From Antechinus flavipes (lineage: Eukaryota): a stretch of DNA of 64,000 bases. The stretch covers positions 292,888,001 through 292,952,000 of the forward strand of contig NC_067402.1 of the NCBI RefSeq assembly GCF_016432865.1, in the 5' to 3' direction. Both the position numbers and the translations under genes were made by a program. Below, piece after piece: positions 34,940 to 48,467 of the stretch. Below the pieces are notes generated by a model, which was not told the origin of the DNA, did no database searches, and saw nothing but the letters and a program-made list of their open reading frames with translations. Within the stretch, counting starts at the first letter, position 1. Each line of letters opens with the position of its first letter.

Positions 34940-36200
34940 TATTGATTGTTCAAAGGTGACAAACATTTGGTCACTTTGCAGCGTTTGTGATAAATAGATG
35001 CTTACAAAAAAGGTTGCTATGGAGATAACTATAGTTTATGCAGAAACTTCTGCAGCAGAAGATGAGGAGGTCAAGAAATTTCATGAAAAATTTGATAAGA
35101 TTGTTCAATTAAATCAAAAGATATTTTTATATTTGCAAGAGTGCAATGCAAAGGTAGGCATGGGGAAGAACAATGAGAATTATGAAAGCAAGTAAGAAAT
35201 GGAAGAGGCTAAAGGCTTGTAGACTACTTGAGAGATTTACACGTATAAATGACAAATACCTTTTTCAAGAAGAGAATCAGGAAGTGCTGAACATAGTGAG
35301 CACCACATTGTGTAACAAAGATGAAATATTATATTTGAACAGGAAATGATCAATTATTGGTATAGGAGTAATTTCTAAGAGTATTACCTTTGTATAGTTA
35401 GACCCCAGACTTATTATAGTAAAAATCAAAATCATGACCAAATTACAAGAAAAAAGTCATGGAAGATACATAGGATGAAGTCCAAAAGAAAAAGGGATTT
35501 CCTAGAAATGGCAAGGTCTTCCAGACACTGTGCATATTGTACTACTTTGCCTCAAGATTCAGAACATGTCAGGGTTTACTAAATGAAATACATAATCGCT
35601 TAAAAGAGTTCAGTCCACAATTCACACAGGAACAAATAAGTGGATGGATTGTTAATTAGAATAGGCAATGCAATTGTATGGACAGCCAATGGAGCTTAAC
35701 CATCTATATTGATATCTTACACAAATCCTACAGATGAGCAATAAATCGGAGGAAGGAAGCAGACTGGATTTCATTGTAAACCATTTTAATGACCCCAAAC
35801 TTTTCCCTAAAAGAAAAACCCAGTTTAAAAAAAACCCACTAATAGTCTTATGTGATAGTGTTGTTGTAAGCCATAGAATGCCACAGTCTTCGAGGAATCA
35901 AAATTGTAAGTCACCCAAAGGGCAAGAGAGAAAGTATAATAGGGGGCACAAATAGGCCATAGCACCTTACCAATGAAGAAGAATCATGTGAAAGAATCAG
36001 CATAAAAGGTATCATCAAAGAGAGACAGAGCAGGAAAAAGGGGCCAACTGGTATCAACAACAACGAATAACTGACAGACACTCCTCATAATGAAATGGCA
36101 TCCAGGTAATGTCGAGAAGTATGAAAGAAGGCTCTCCCATGTTTTGGTGTACCATTTGTAGAGAATTTATGAGAGAGTACTGAAAAAAGTTGCAGAAAAT
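34940..36200 (+). mobile_element. RTE-clade LINE remnant (marsupial RTE)
   Basis: Endonuclease segment MEITIVYAETSAAEDEEVKKFHEKFDK (34998-35195) and degenerate RT/C-terminal RTE sequence to ~36.2 kb. Confidence 0.7.
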
Positions 36201-36899
36201 GAGACAGAATGAATTCTGTCTATATCAAGAGAGGGAGTAGAGTCATTCAGGCCATGGAAGTGGAGGAGCAGGAAGATGTACAGCTGAACATTCCTGCTCA
36301 ACTTCTCCATAAAAATCTAGAAAATGCAACCCTGATTGGGAAATCCAAGAAAAGAAAGCAGAGCAAGTCACATTTCCAAGCCAGTTCAGGGCAGGGAGAG
36401 GGTCAGAGAGGTCCGTGGACAGTGGGACAAGATCTTCTCATTAAGGCACCAAAGAACATTTCCAGATGCTGCTGGAAAGAAGAGGGTCTAGCCTTATACT
36501 GAAGGATCCTGACCTTGCTCAGGATGTGGGAACAGATCCAGCTAACAGTTATTTCATTCTCTATCTGGTTCTGGGTCATAGATGTAGAGTGGATTGTGGA
36601 GGGGAACCTAGATTGAGGGGATCTGGACTTGTACTCCAGAGTGGAATTCTAGAATGGCAACAGGTGCTATTTTGGTGTACTTAAGAAGGAACGAGCTCAT
36701 TCCCTCTAGAAGTACCCAGAATATGATCTTAATATAAAGTCTAAAGTCAATAAGAATAAGAACAGGCAAACAATAAGAGCAACAACAACAACAAAAGTCC
36801 TGCCATAAAGAAATATTGTGGCAATAGGAACAGTCTAGAAAAAGATAATGATTCCAAAACATCTATAAGCAAAACTTCAGAGAAATACACTGTGCAGTT

Positions 36900-38450
36900 A
36901 TCAGTTCAACTAGATTTCCCAGAAGAGATGGAGTAAGATTTTTTCTTTTTAGGATCTATAAATAACTTTTAAAATCAAATAAGAGGAAGAAATGGGAAAA
37001 AGCAACGAGAGCTATGGATGATATGAAAAAAGAACAACTTGGAACAAGAAGTATAAAACCTTACCCAAGAAACAAATCTCTTCAACACTAGAATAGATCA
37101 AATAGAAGAAGCTAATGATTCCATGAGACCTTAAGAAACATGAAAAAGTCAAATGACAAAAAAAATAGAAGAAAATTTAAGGTATCTCATAGCAATAACA
37201 ACTGATCTAGGAAACAGACTGTGGAAAGAAAGTAAGAGTCTAGTGACTACTTGAAAGCCAGGAGCAAATAAAAAAATAAATAAAAGAACTTAGATATCAG
37301 AATTCAAGAAATCTTAAAACTGCTCAGAACTCTGGAAAAAGGCTAAGAATCTTTTATTGGCCTCTAGGTGAGGAAAAGAGGAAAGGGATAAGGGAGCTAG
37401 ACCAGATTATACCAACCTTTGCCTCAGAGGGCAAAGTGGAAATAGAAAAAATCATTTTATTACTCCCTGAGAGAAACCCCCAGATGAAAACTCCCAAAAA
37501 TATGATAGTGTCAATCCAGAGCTTCCATATCAGATTTTTAAAATGTTGCAAACAGCTAGACATAAAGAATTCAAGTACTGAGGAGCCACAGTGTGACTAA
37601 ACCACATGTGACTAAGCAGAAAATATGAATACAACATTTCTGAAGGCAAAGGATATTGGCTTACAACTAAGATAACTTATCCAGCATAACAGAATAGTCC
37701 TACAGGGGAAAATGGATCTTTAATGAAACAGAGAACTTCCAAATATTCCTGATGAAAAGATCAGAGCTGTATAGAAACTATGAACAGTTAAAAGAGTTAA
37801 GTTAAGAGTTAAGTTACTATGAGCAGTTAAGAGAATTATAAAAAGGTAAACACTAATGAGCAATCATAAGGGATTAAAAAGGATAATCTGTATAATTTTA
37901 ACATGGTGAAATAATACATGTATTTCCTCAGAACTCTATCATCAAGGAATTTAAGAGGAAATTTAAGCAGAGGGCCTAGGACTGGTTCTTATGTTCTGAT
38001 GATCTTAAAATAAGAATGAATAGGGAGGAGAAGAGGAACATATTAGGGATAGGAAAGGAAAGGAAGCATGAGAAGATTTATCTCATAGAATTGGGGCACA
38101 CAAGTAGTAGTCTATACCAAGGATTGGTAAACTATGGCCCAAAGACCAAATCCAGTCTGCTGTCTGTGTCTGTATTGTCAGTAAAGTAAGAATGATTTTA
38201 CATTTTAAAAATACAAAGAGGAGACACTTGAACCTCACTCTTATCTGAAATGATCAAATGAAGGATATACACACACAGTTGGGTATAGAAACACATCTCA
38301 TTTAACAGGGAAATAGTAGGGAAAGGGGAAAAGAAGGGAAGAAATAGGATGAAGTGTAGATTAATCTAAGGAGGGATTAGTAAAATAAACAATAAGAAGG
38401 GTGGATTTGGAAAAAATGCTTAAAAGAAAAGCAAAAAAGGAAAAAGGCTA
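36900..38450 (+). mobile_element. Old L1 ORF1 / inter-ORF remnant
   Basis: Degenerate EGKVEIEKI..L.PE.NP.MKTPKN (37425-37505) and later ORF1 motifs. Confidence 0.65.
38118..38215 (+). mobile_element. hAT-Charlie (MER58-like) fragment
   Basis: CAAGGATTGGTAAACTATGGCCCAAAGACCAAATCCAGTCTGCTGTCTG resembles the recalled MER58A 5' end. Confidence 0.5.
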
Positions 38451-39239
38451 AAGAATCTATTATTTGTCTCTAGGTAAGGAAAAGAGGAAGGGATAATGGA
38501 GCAAGACCAGATTATACCAACCTTGAGCACTGGGGCTGAGCTCCTTTGTATGTTACTACCCTTTTCTTTATAAAGAAGGGGTGGGAAACAAAAAAGAAAG
38601 ACACGCATAAGGGTATAAGATGGAGGAAAATCCACCGTTAATAATCATAACCCATAAAATGGCTCCACAAGCCAAAAAGCTGGGTTCCTGGTTTCCCTTT
38701 GCTTGTGAAGTCAAAGATCATCCACATTCTGGGGGCTGGGGCTTCAGCTTTGCAAGGAAAGTTTTTCATCACAGTGTCCCTCGATTTATGGCACAGGCAC
38801 TTCTGAAAAGTTTTGTGAAAATAATTCCATGTCCCCTCTGCACTCAGCTCATTTCCAATTACTCTCCAGTGGGAAATAGTTCCTAAAACTTATGTGGAAG
38901 GCAGGGAATGTTTCATTATTTGTCTTTGTAACCTAAAGTTCCCAGAACAGTTCCTAGTATAGAATAGTTGATTCTGTTCCAGCTAGCTTCTGACAATTTT
39001 AGGGAAGGATTTCTTAATCTGGAGTCAAGGATTTGTTTGCTTGTTTTTTAATTTTGATAATATTTCAATCTAATTTATTTCCTTTGTACATTTTATGCAT
39101 TTTATTTTATGAATTTAAGAACACGACTTTTGAACATAGACTTCAGACATTAGGCTGCCCGTGGGGCCCAGGACTAAAGAATGCTGGATTCATATAACAT
39201 TGTATACAGTAACTGCAAGATTACGTGATAATCAGCTAT

Positions 39240-39640
39240 GATAGACTTAGCTCTTCTTGGCAATGTAGTGATTCAAGACAATTCAAAAAAAAAAAAAAGG
39301 AATAGAAAATGCCATCTGCATCCAGAGAGAGAGAGAGAACCATGTGGATTGAATACAGATCAAAATATACTATTTTCATCTTTTTTGTTTGTTTGCTTTT
39401 TCTTTCTCATGGTTTTCCCCTTTTGTTCTGATTTTTCTTTCACAAGACAAATATGGAAATATTTTAAAAATGATTGTGTATATATATCACCTGTGTCAGA
39501 TTGCTCACTATCTTGGGGAGGGGGGAAGTGAAGGGAGGAATGGAGAAAAAATTTGGAACTCAAAATCTTACAAAAATGAATGTTGAAAACTGTCTTTATG
39601 TGTAATCGGAAAAATAAAATGCTACTGGGAAAAAAATAAA
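39240..39640 (+). mobile_element. Marsupial L1 3' end
   Basis: CATCCAGAGAGAGAG..GGATTGAATACAGATCAAA...G tract...AATGAATGTTGAAAAC...AATAAAA. Confidence 0.75.
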
Positions 39641-42519
39641 AATAAAACACACCACTAAAAGCCTTCCAAATTGGGGAAAAAAAGAATTCCTGTTCAAGGA
39701 GTTAATTCTCTACAAGAGAAACCCCTAAACCTCGGGGAACCCTAATAAAACACTAACCTTTGAAATGTGAATAATCTCCTTCACTATTTCCATATCTCCC
39801 AGGTAGGGTTTATTTATATAAATTGCCTCTCAAACATACAGATTCTGATGACTAAGAGTGTATGTGGGAGAGACCTTTCCTTTGCTGAGGAAAAGCTAAG
39901 GATTTCAAATGACCTAATCTGTTAATAAGTTCCAAATATCAACTGCTGAAGTACAAGATGAGGGAGGTATGCCCAGAATGAAGTTAATTTGCAAAAATCT
40001 AGGGGTTTTTAGCGCTCTAGAAGTTTAATGTAAGAAATTGTGATGTGGCAGACAAAAAATGTAGAAAGGACCTCAGGCTGTTTTGAGGGGCTTGGCATCT
40101 ATGGAAGAATTTGGCTGCCCCTGTTAGTGCATACCGAAGGGGATCATACTCAGCTCTCGAATTACTCTTTAGGGAGGGCAGCGATCATTCAGCTGCATAG
40201 AGTTCAGAGGAAAGCAAGCAGGTGAAATATCTCGAGATCAGTTGAGGGAAGAAATGATGGATGGTCTGGACAGAAGGACTAAGGGTGGGAATACTATAGC
40301 TCTGCTCAAATATTTCCAGGATTAATATTAGATTTGTCTGCTGGCCCCAGAAGGCACAAGTTGGAAGACTGGGGAAAGTTGCAAAGCAACAAATTTTGAT
40401 ACTAAGGCTATGGGATTTCCCACTGGGTAATTCCAGTGGGCTGCTTTTCAATGGATCTCTTTAAGCAAAAGAATACTTGTCTGGGATGTGAAAAGCATTG
40501 AGGAACATAATTAGGATCTCAGCCCCAGAAAGCAGCTCAGAGACTCCTTGGGGCAAACCCAACCTGACTTCTGATGTGGTCATTCACTTTCCAGGTCACC
40601 AGCTCAAGCAAATTTCCTGGGGGAGGTGGAGAAAGAGGCAATCCAATCCGCTTTGGAGAGCCCTAATTATTAGGAAATCTGGCTCTGTTAATTCCTATGT
40701 TGTTCTCAATTCTGCTCTGTGAGATTACATAGGAGAAGTCCAAACCCTCCTTCAGAGAGCAGCCTTTCAAATTCTTGAAGAGAACCATCCTATCATCGTT
40801 AAGTCAACGTGACCCATGAAGAGCTCATTCTCTAGTTACCAAGGAGTAGCAGCTCATCTGTATCTGTGGAGGGATCTTCCACAAGAGGAGTTTCTCATGC
40901 CAACAAAATTGCTGGGTACTTTATAAATGCTTGTTTCCTTCCTTCTCTACCTTGAAGGAAAAAAACAGATTTCAGTCTGTTTTATTTTATTGAATATTTT
41001 TCCCTTGTCACATCCAAAACAAAAAAAATTACATTTGTTTTTAAAAATTTTTGAGTTCTACATTCTCTCCCTTATTTCCACCCAATTAAGAAATCACTTG
41101 TGAAGTTATGGAAAACATTTCCATAAAAGTGAAGCTGTGGGAAAAAAAGCCAAGAATTGATTTCAGTAAGATCAAAAAGATTTGATTGATAGAAAATGAA
41201 GGAGGAAGAGTAGATAGTGAAGGACTGTGCCAATAAAATAAAACTGGGTATATTAGAGGTTGGGGTGCCCTCAATAGAAACAGAGATAATTGGAGGAAGA
41301 GGAGAAGTTTTATAAAGGGGAACAGTTCAATTTTGGACTGGTGATTGGCGGTGCCTATGGAAAAGAAATGTAGAAATTCCAGCAGGCAGTTGATAAGGCA
41401 AGAGTGGAATCCAGGAAAGGGCTTAGCAGTTGATAAAAAAATGGTTGAGGTCATTGGGTTCCTTCCCAACTTTAAACTTCTGTGATTCTGTTTTGTGAAG
41501 AAAGGCACGATTTTCATAGAGATGTGATATATGTAATGAATATGGTAATAATTAGATTTGTCAGAGCTAGATTTTCCTAATAAATTCTGATGGCGTAGTC
41601 GAATTTCACAAGCTTGAAATGATCAATTCTTGACAGTGCTCTTCCATGCATGTTAAGTGGAATGAATCAAAGCTTGCTGAACCTGTTCCTGTCACAGAAC
41701 TCTGGTCCTGTCCCCTCACAAATCACAACCCCCCAGGATTTGAAACACTCACTTAACAACTGTTCCCAAAGGACTAAAGAACATCCATATTGTCCTGCAC
41801 ATGTGGGCTTGTCATGAAAAACCATTTAGGTCCTGAAAATAATTGTATTGTAAGCCACCTTATGATTTGTGTACAAAATCTGTGCTTTACTTTGAAAGCT
41901 AGAGTCTCCTGGCCAGGAGAACTTCCAGTTTGCAAACTCTGAAAGTGATTAATTAAACCGACACTTGATCTCTACGAACCATTCTCTAGGCTTTGTGTGA
42001 CTTCAGCTATTCATAGTTTAGAGACCGATACAATAAAATTCTGTTAATGGTTTAGAGATGAAATCCACAGCCAACTCAGCCAAGTCTCAGCAGATTCCTT
42101 TAAGTGCATTTGGCAGACTGTATTATTTTTCAATATGTATAATGCATTTTCTTCTCCTAAATGAACTTTAGAAAACCTTTATTGTGGCCTGGAATACATG
42201 CAGCCATCGAGGAAGAGGGAAATAAGATCTGCATGAAATGCCAGGAAAGAAATAGCAAGGATAGCAGAGAAATGAAGGGGGAAGGAGCAGCAATCTGAAT
42301 GATAGATCAAAGGACAATAGACCTAGAGTTGCAAGGGGCTTTTCAGGCCAATGATCTCATTTTTTTTTCAGAAGTGAAAACTGAAGCCCAGGGATAAGTG
42401 GCTTGCCTAAGAATCTAATCCTAAGTCAGATCCTGACTCTGAAACCAGAGCTAAAACACATGATTACATATTACATCACCTTGATCAGATACTGTAGCTC
42501 TCTGAATCCAGGGAATATC

Positions 42520-43600
42520 AGTCACTCAATAAACACTTATTAAGCACTTACTGTGTACCAAGAACAAGGACCAAGTAGAGTACCAAGGATACACAGAAAG
42601 TAAAATGATAAAAATAAACCCAAAAAACCTTNNNNNNNNNNNNNNNNNNNNNNNNNNNNNNNNNNNNNNNNNNNNNNNNNNNNNNNNNNNNNNNNNNNNN
42701 NNNNNNNNNNNNNNNNNNNNNNNNNNNNNNNNNNNNNNNNNNNNNNNNNNNNNNNNNNNACAGAGAGAGACACACACAGAGTGACACACACACACACAGA
42801 GACAGAGAGATGGAGGGGGGGAGAGAGAGATGGAGAAAGAAGGGGAGGGAAGAGAGAGATGGAGAGAGAAGGGGAGAAGAGAGAGGGAGAGATGGAAAGA
42901 GAAAGAGGGAAGGGGAGGAAGGGAGGGAGAGGGAGAAAGAAAAGGAGAGAGAGACTCTGATGCAATAGTCCATCCAAAAGTGATGATGACTTGAACTAGG
43001 ATGGTGGTTGTGGGAATGGAGAGAAGAGGGCATAGAATAGGGATATTGTGAAGGTCAAAATAACTATTTTCAACAATGGATTGGATATGGGGCGTGTGTG
43101 AATTTGAGGGAGGACTCAAAGTCAAGACCAAGTTTGCAAATCTGGGCTCCTGAGAGGAGAGTGATTTCCTCATCAGTTAGAGGACAGTTCAGAAGACGGG
43201 ATGGTTTTTGGGAAAAGACAATGAATTCTGCTTTGAATACAATGTGAGATTACTACAGGACACCCAGTTCAAAATGGTCAATAGGCAGAGGAGGTGCAAG
43301 ACTGGAGGTCAGAAAAGAGATTATGATCAGAGCTATAGACCGAGGAATCAACTGCATAGAGATAACTCAACTCAACCCATGGGAGCTGATGCAATCAACA
43401 AGGGATGTAGCATTGGGAGAAAACAGAAGAGGAGCCACTCGGGGGAAAGAACTCACTATTGGACAAAAACTGCTGGGAAAACAAGAAGGTCTGGCAACAT
43501 CTTGTGCTTTATACCAAGATAAGACATGTGATCCATCGGTAAGACATATAATATCTCATCATAAACAAATGAGAGGCCCGAGGAAGAAATTACATTTCTG
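42520..43600 (-). mobile_element. L2 LINE, interrupted by gap and GA/CA microsatellite
   Basis: Reverse L2 3' end CACTCAATAAACACTTATTAAGCACTTACTGTGTACC, L2 RT-side sequence 42960-43500. Confidence 0.65.
42632..42759. other. Assembly gap (128 N)
   Basis: Run of N next to a (CA)/(GA) low-complexity tract at 42760-42960. Confidence 1.
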
Positions 43601-43679
43601 GTGAATAGATAGGGGAAGAGTTCATAAACAAGAGACAGAGGGGATCACAAATGATAAAGTAGATAATTTTGATTCTATA

Positions 43680-44700
43680 ATATTAATATTTTTTTGAAGC
43701 AATGAAGCTAATGCAGCTAAAATGGGAGGAAATAGAAGCTGGGAAAATCTTTGAAGCAAGTTTTTCTGATAAAGTTCAAATTTCTAAGATATATACAAAA
43801 CTGATTAAAATTTATAAGGACAAAAGTCATTCCATAATTGATAGTCAAAGGATATGAACAGGCAGTTTTCAGAGGAAGAAAATCAAGTCATTGATATGAA
43901 AAATATTTCAAATCATTAATAGAGAAACATAAACTAAAGCAACTAAGAGATTTCACTTCATACCCATCAGATTGGCAAAGAATACAAAAAAGGGAAATAG
44001 TTTCTGGAGAGGTTGAGGGAGAACAGGCATATAAATGTATTGTTGGCAGAGCTGTGAATTGGCCCAGTCATTCTGGAAGGCAATTTGGAACTATGACCAA
44101 AAAGCTGTTAAATTATGACCACCAGTAATTCATTTTCTAGGCCTAAGCTCCAGAAAGAGGAGACAATCCTATATGCACAAAAATCTTTGTACTAGCTCTT
44201 TTTTGTATGTGGTGGCAAAGAACTAGAAACTGAGGGGATAGCCTTTGCTTGGAAAGTGACTAAATAAATTGTATATAATTGTAATGATTAATTCTTAAGC
44301 CATAAGAAATGACAAAATGTAAGATTTCAAAGAAATCTGAGAAAGTTTGTATGAAGTGATGCAGAATAAAATGAGCAGAATCAAGACCATGTTCTATAAC
44401 ATCAACATTTTGAACAATTTTAACAATTTTAACAATTTAAAGCAATTTAAAACAATTTAAGTATTCTTATCAATGTGACCAATTGCAATTCCAAAGGATT
44501 AATGATGAAACATGCTACCCATTTCTTTACAGAAAAATGAGGGACTCAGAGTACATTTTGAGAATATGCTTTTTGAACATGGCCAATGGGGTATTAGTTT
44601 TGTTTGAGTATATGTATTTGTTGCAAAGGTTGTTTTTCTTCCTTCACTGGGGAAGAAAAACATGGAGGGGGAAGAGAAAATAGATATTAATTAAAAAATA
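43680..44700 (+). mobile_element. Old L1 ORF2 3' fragment
   Basis: Degenerate EASFSDK...KIY.KLIKIYK.KSHS..D.SKDMNRQFSEEE region and 3' UTR. Confidence 0.75.
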
Positions 44701-44840
44701 AAATAAAAAATTTTGAACATGAGAGGAAAAAATAGAAGAAGGCTCAGGACAGAGCTTTGGGTACTTTCCATATGTTAGGGGCATGTCACAGATGAAGATC
44801 TAGTAAAGGAGACTAAGAAATAGTCAAATAGAGGAAAACT

Positions 44841-44902
<62 letters not shown>

Positions 44903-45400
44903 GTGCCCTCAAAAATCCATTGAGGAGAGTTTACTGGAAGAAAAGATGGTCATTAAGGTCAAATGCTGCAAAGGTTAAAAAAATATGATAAAGATAGAGA
45001 AAAGGCCATTAGATTTGACCATTAAGATATGTTGCCTTTGAAGAGAGGTTTCAGTTGAATGATGGAAACCAGATTGCAGGGGTTTCAAAAGAGATTGAAT
45101 GGATAGATGACTCTTTTAGGGAATTTAGCAGAGAAGGGAAGGAGAGATATAGGGATAGCTGGGGGAAGACTGAAGATTAGAGAGAGTGGGGAGTAATCAG
45201 AAAGGGGACAGAAATGATCTCGGGACAGATGGGATTCAGTGATCAGGAAGAATTTAGAAAACAGTAAAAGCTGAAAGCCTTGGGAATGAAAGGATAGGTC
45301 CATAAATGCTGGTTTTGAAGAAGGAACTGGTAGCTTGTAAGGCTCACTGGACTGGTGAATGAAGGTCAAAGCTGGATATCAGAGACGCCTGTAGAAGAGA
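44700..45400 (-). mobile_element. L2 RT fragment with internal (GA)n (44840-44898)
   Basis: Reverse strand GTACCCAAAGCTCTG (VPQ.S.L-type motif) and L2 RT-like sequence. Confidence 0.6.
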
Positions 45401-45689
45401 GGGAACCCCCCTTCTGCTCCCCTCCACACTCTCATGTACACAAATGAATACTTGAAAGTGCATGCATGTGCTATTATGTGCACAGGAACACACACACACC
45501 AATTCCATACAAAGCAAAATTCAAATTTTGTTAGCTGCTCCAGCAGGGCTGATCACGACAAGTTTTACCAACAGCAATCAGGCCTGGGCTGGGCTGCTAA
45601 AATCCCATATTTTTGCTAGGAACTGGTACTTTGACCTTAGTTGGAGGGAAAGGGACTTAGGGATTTCAGTGGAAGTGGAGTTCTTTCAG

Positions 45690-46850
45690 GATCAGCTAAA
45701 TATTCCATCATATGAAAGGCTTCTGAGCTGGAAGGGACCTCAGAGACATCTAGTCCGAGATCCTATGCATGTAAATCTCCTTTAAAACATAATTGACAAG
45801 GCGTCATTCAGCCTTTGTTTAGAGGCTTCTGGGGAGGAGAGAAGTGACTCTTTCTGGAGAAAGTCCATTCTATTTTTGGACAGCTCAATTGTCAGGATTT
45901 CTTGTTTTGTTTTGATTTGCATTAAGCTTAAATCTGTCTTTGTACACTTCTCCACATTGCTCCCAGATCTCCTCTCTGAGGTACAGCAGACAGTGACAGC
46001 CCTTCATATACTTGAAGACAGCAATCATGTCCCACTCTGAGTCTTCTCTCCTCTGGGCTACACCCTCCCCCTTCCCCCCAGCAAGCCTTGTATTATGAAG
46101 TCTAGGGATAAGCCAGGAATCTGATTTTCCTTGTCTAGAAATGCTTTGGCTTATGGTGACTTTCCTAAAATGTGGCATTCAGAAATGAACACCCTATTCC
46201 AGATCTGATCTGATCAAGGCTGAGAAAGGGGGATCCATCCTTTACTTTGTCCTGGACCGGGTTTCTCTCCAGGCAGTTAAGATCACACTGCTGATTAATG
46301 TAGACCTTGGAATCCCCTGAAATTCCAGATCTTTTTTGGATGGAGTGCTGACTAGCCATATCTCTAGCACTTTGCCTTTATCTTTTTTTTTTTTTGCATT
46401 TCACTGTATTCCATTCAGCCCAATGTTTGAGCCTGTTAAGATCCTTTGGACTTGGACTTTGTTCAGTGTGTTAGTTATTCCCCCTAATTTTATGTCACTG
46501 AAATGCTGGTAAGGATATCTGTTGTTTTTGCCCAAGTCATCGATAAGAATGTTAAGCAGCATAAGGTTAGGAGTAGTTCCTTGGTGCACTTCCCTAGAAA
46601 TCCTCCTCTAAACCAACATGGGTACTCTGTGAGCGTGCTAGTTCAATCAATCCCATGATGCAATTATTGTCCAGTCTACGTGTTCCATCTTTTCACAAGA
46701 AGAACATGAAAGCTGTGGGTTAAATGCCTCCCTAAAATCTGGAAAAACAACGTGGCATTTCCTGGTCTATCAATCTAGCAACCAACCCTGTCAAAAAAGG
46801 GGAAGTGAGGTTAGTCTGGGTGAAGTTATGCTTTGTCCAGAATTATAACC
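45690..46850 (-). mobile_element. L3/CR1 LINE RT and 3' end
   Basis: ORF 46401-46589 HQGTTPNLMLLNILIDDLG...FSDIKLGGITNTL is a degenerate CR1 PQGSVLGP.LFNIFINDL...FADDTKLGG..NTL. Confidence 0.8.
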
Positions 46851-46949
46851 TGGACTTTACAATCTTTCCAAGAAAATCAGTAGTGACTCAGAAACTACAT
46901 TCAATTCAAGATTAATTTATTGTTTTCTCCTCCTCTTCCTCTTCCTCCT

Positions 46950-48450
46950 CTGTCTTCTTATTCACATTTTGAATTCCAAATTCTCTCCCTCCCTCTAGTC
47001 CTCCCCAGCCTCTCACTGAGAAGACAAGAAATATGATATCAATTATACAGGTGAAATAATGTAAAACATTTCCATATTAGCCTTTTTTTTTTAAATCAAG
47101 AAAAAATAAAGTGAGAAAGTTATATTTCCATTTGCACTCAGACCATCAGTTCGTTCTCTGGAGGTGAATAGCATTAAAAAAATTTTTTTTTTTATCAAGT
47201 GTCCTTCAGAATTGTCTTGCAATATTGCATTGATCAAAATAGCCAAATCTTTCACATCATCATTAAAATATTGCTTTTACTGTGCACAATGATCTCCTGG
47301 TTCTTCTCACTTCACTTTGCATCAGTTCATAGAGGTCTTGCCATATTTTTCTGAAGCTACCCCCTTGTCATTTCTTTTAGCATAATAGTATTATTCCATC
47401 ACAATCATTTACCACAACTTTTTCAGCTATTCCTCAGTCGATGGGCTTCCTCTCAATTTCCAATTCTTTGACACCACAAAGAGAGCTGCTAAAATATTTT
47501 TGTACATATATAGGTCCTTTTCTTTTTATCTAGTAGTGGTATTGTTATGTCAAAGGGTATGCCCAGTTTTATAGCTCTTTGGGCATAGTCCCAACTTGTT
47601 GTCCAGAACGGATAGACCAATTCATTGCTTGTATAAGGGTAGATCAGAGTAGAAATGTGACCTATGACCCTACAGGAAAATGTAAACTACCTTGAGTAAA
47701 TGTAAACAGCAAAGAAGCTTCAACTATCTGATGGGAACACTTGTAAGTGACCCTGAGTCATCTCTGGCACTATGCCTTCATTGTTCTGTTTCTATATAAT
47801 ATGTGACCTGGCCTTGGATTGGTGTTGAAATGCATTACACAATTTTCTCCTCCTGCTAAAAAAGGACCTAGTCTCACACACTCTCCCAATTAACTGAAAC
47901 AAAACTATGCATATCTATCTATCTAGATATATCTGTATATATATAGATATATAAAACAAAGCTGGCAGGGACACTATTATTTTGGGATCTCAGTATTCTC
48001 TTGAAGGTCTGTTTCTACAACTGGCACATCAGGGCAAAACAGATCAGTCCCCTGACATTTGGCCTTAATATTGGCAGAGCTGGCAGCATAGTCTGTCCTA
48101 CAAATCTCGTGTCTTTTTACCGCTCCACTAGCAGTTCATTAGTGTACCTATTTCCTTAAGCATTTGTCATTTCTGATAGATATGGGGTAGTACCTCAGAG
48201 TTGTTTGATTTGCATTTCTCTAATTGATAGTGATTTAGAGCATTTTTAAAATGACCGTAGGTAGCTTTGATTTCTTTTTCTGAAAATTTCCCATTTATAT
48301 TCTTTGATATTTATCAATTGGGGAATGGCTTTTATTTTTAGAAATTTGTTTCAGTTCTATATTTGACATATTTTTGAGAAATAAGGTCTTTTTTCAGAGA
48401 AACGCTATCAATTTTTAAAATATTATTTCATCGTTTATAGTACCCTTTAT
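46950..48450 (-). mobile_element. Older L1 3' region (host of the young L1)
   Basis: Reverse-complemented L1 3' UTR/ORF2 end (CTTCACTTTGCATCAGTTCATAGAGG, AGTACCTCAGAGTTGTTTGATTTGCATTTC). Confidence 0.7.
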
Positions 48451-48467
48451 CATAATCGTTTCTCTGA

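Noticed and set aside
42526-43173. ORFs spanning the N run
   Set aside because: Artefacts of the assembly gap plus adjacent microsatellite.
46401-46589. Short ORFs resembling reverse transcriptase or endonuclease (also 34998-35195 and 48505-48753)
   Set aside because: Fragments of CR1, RTE and L1 elements, not host genes.
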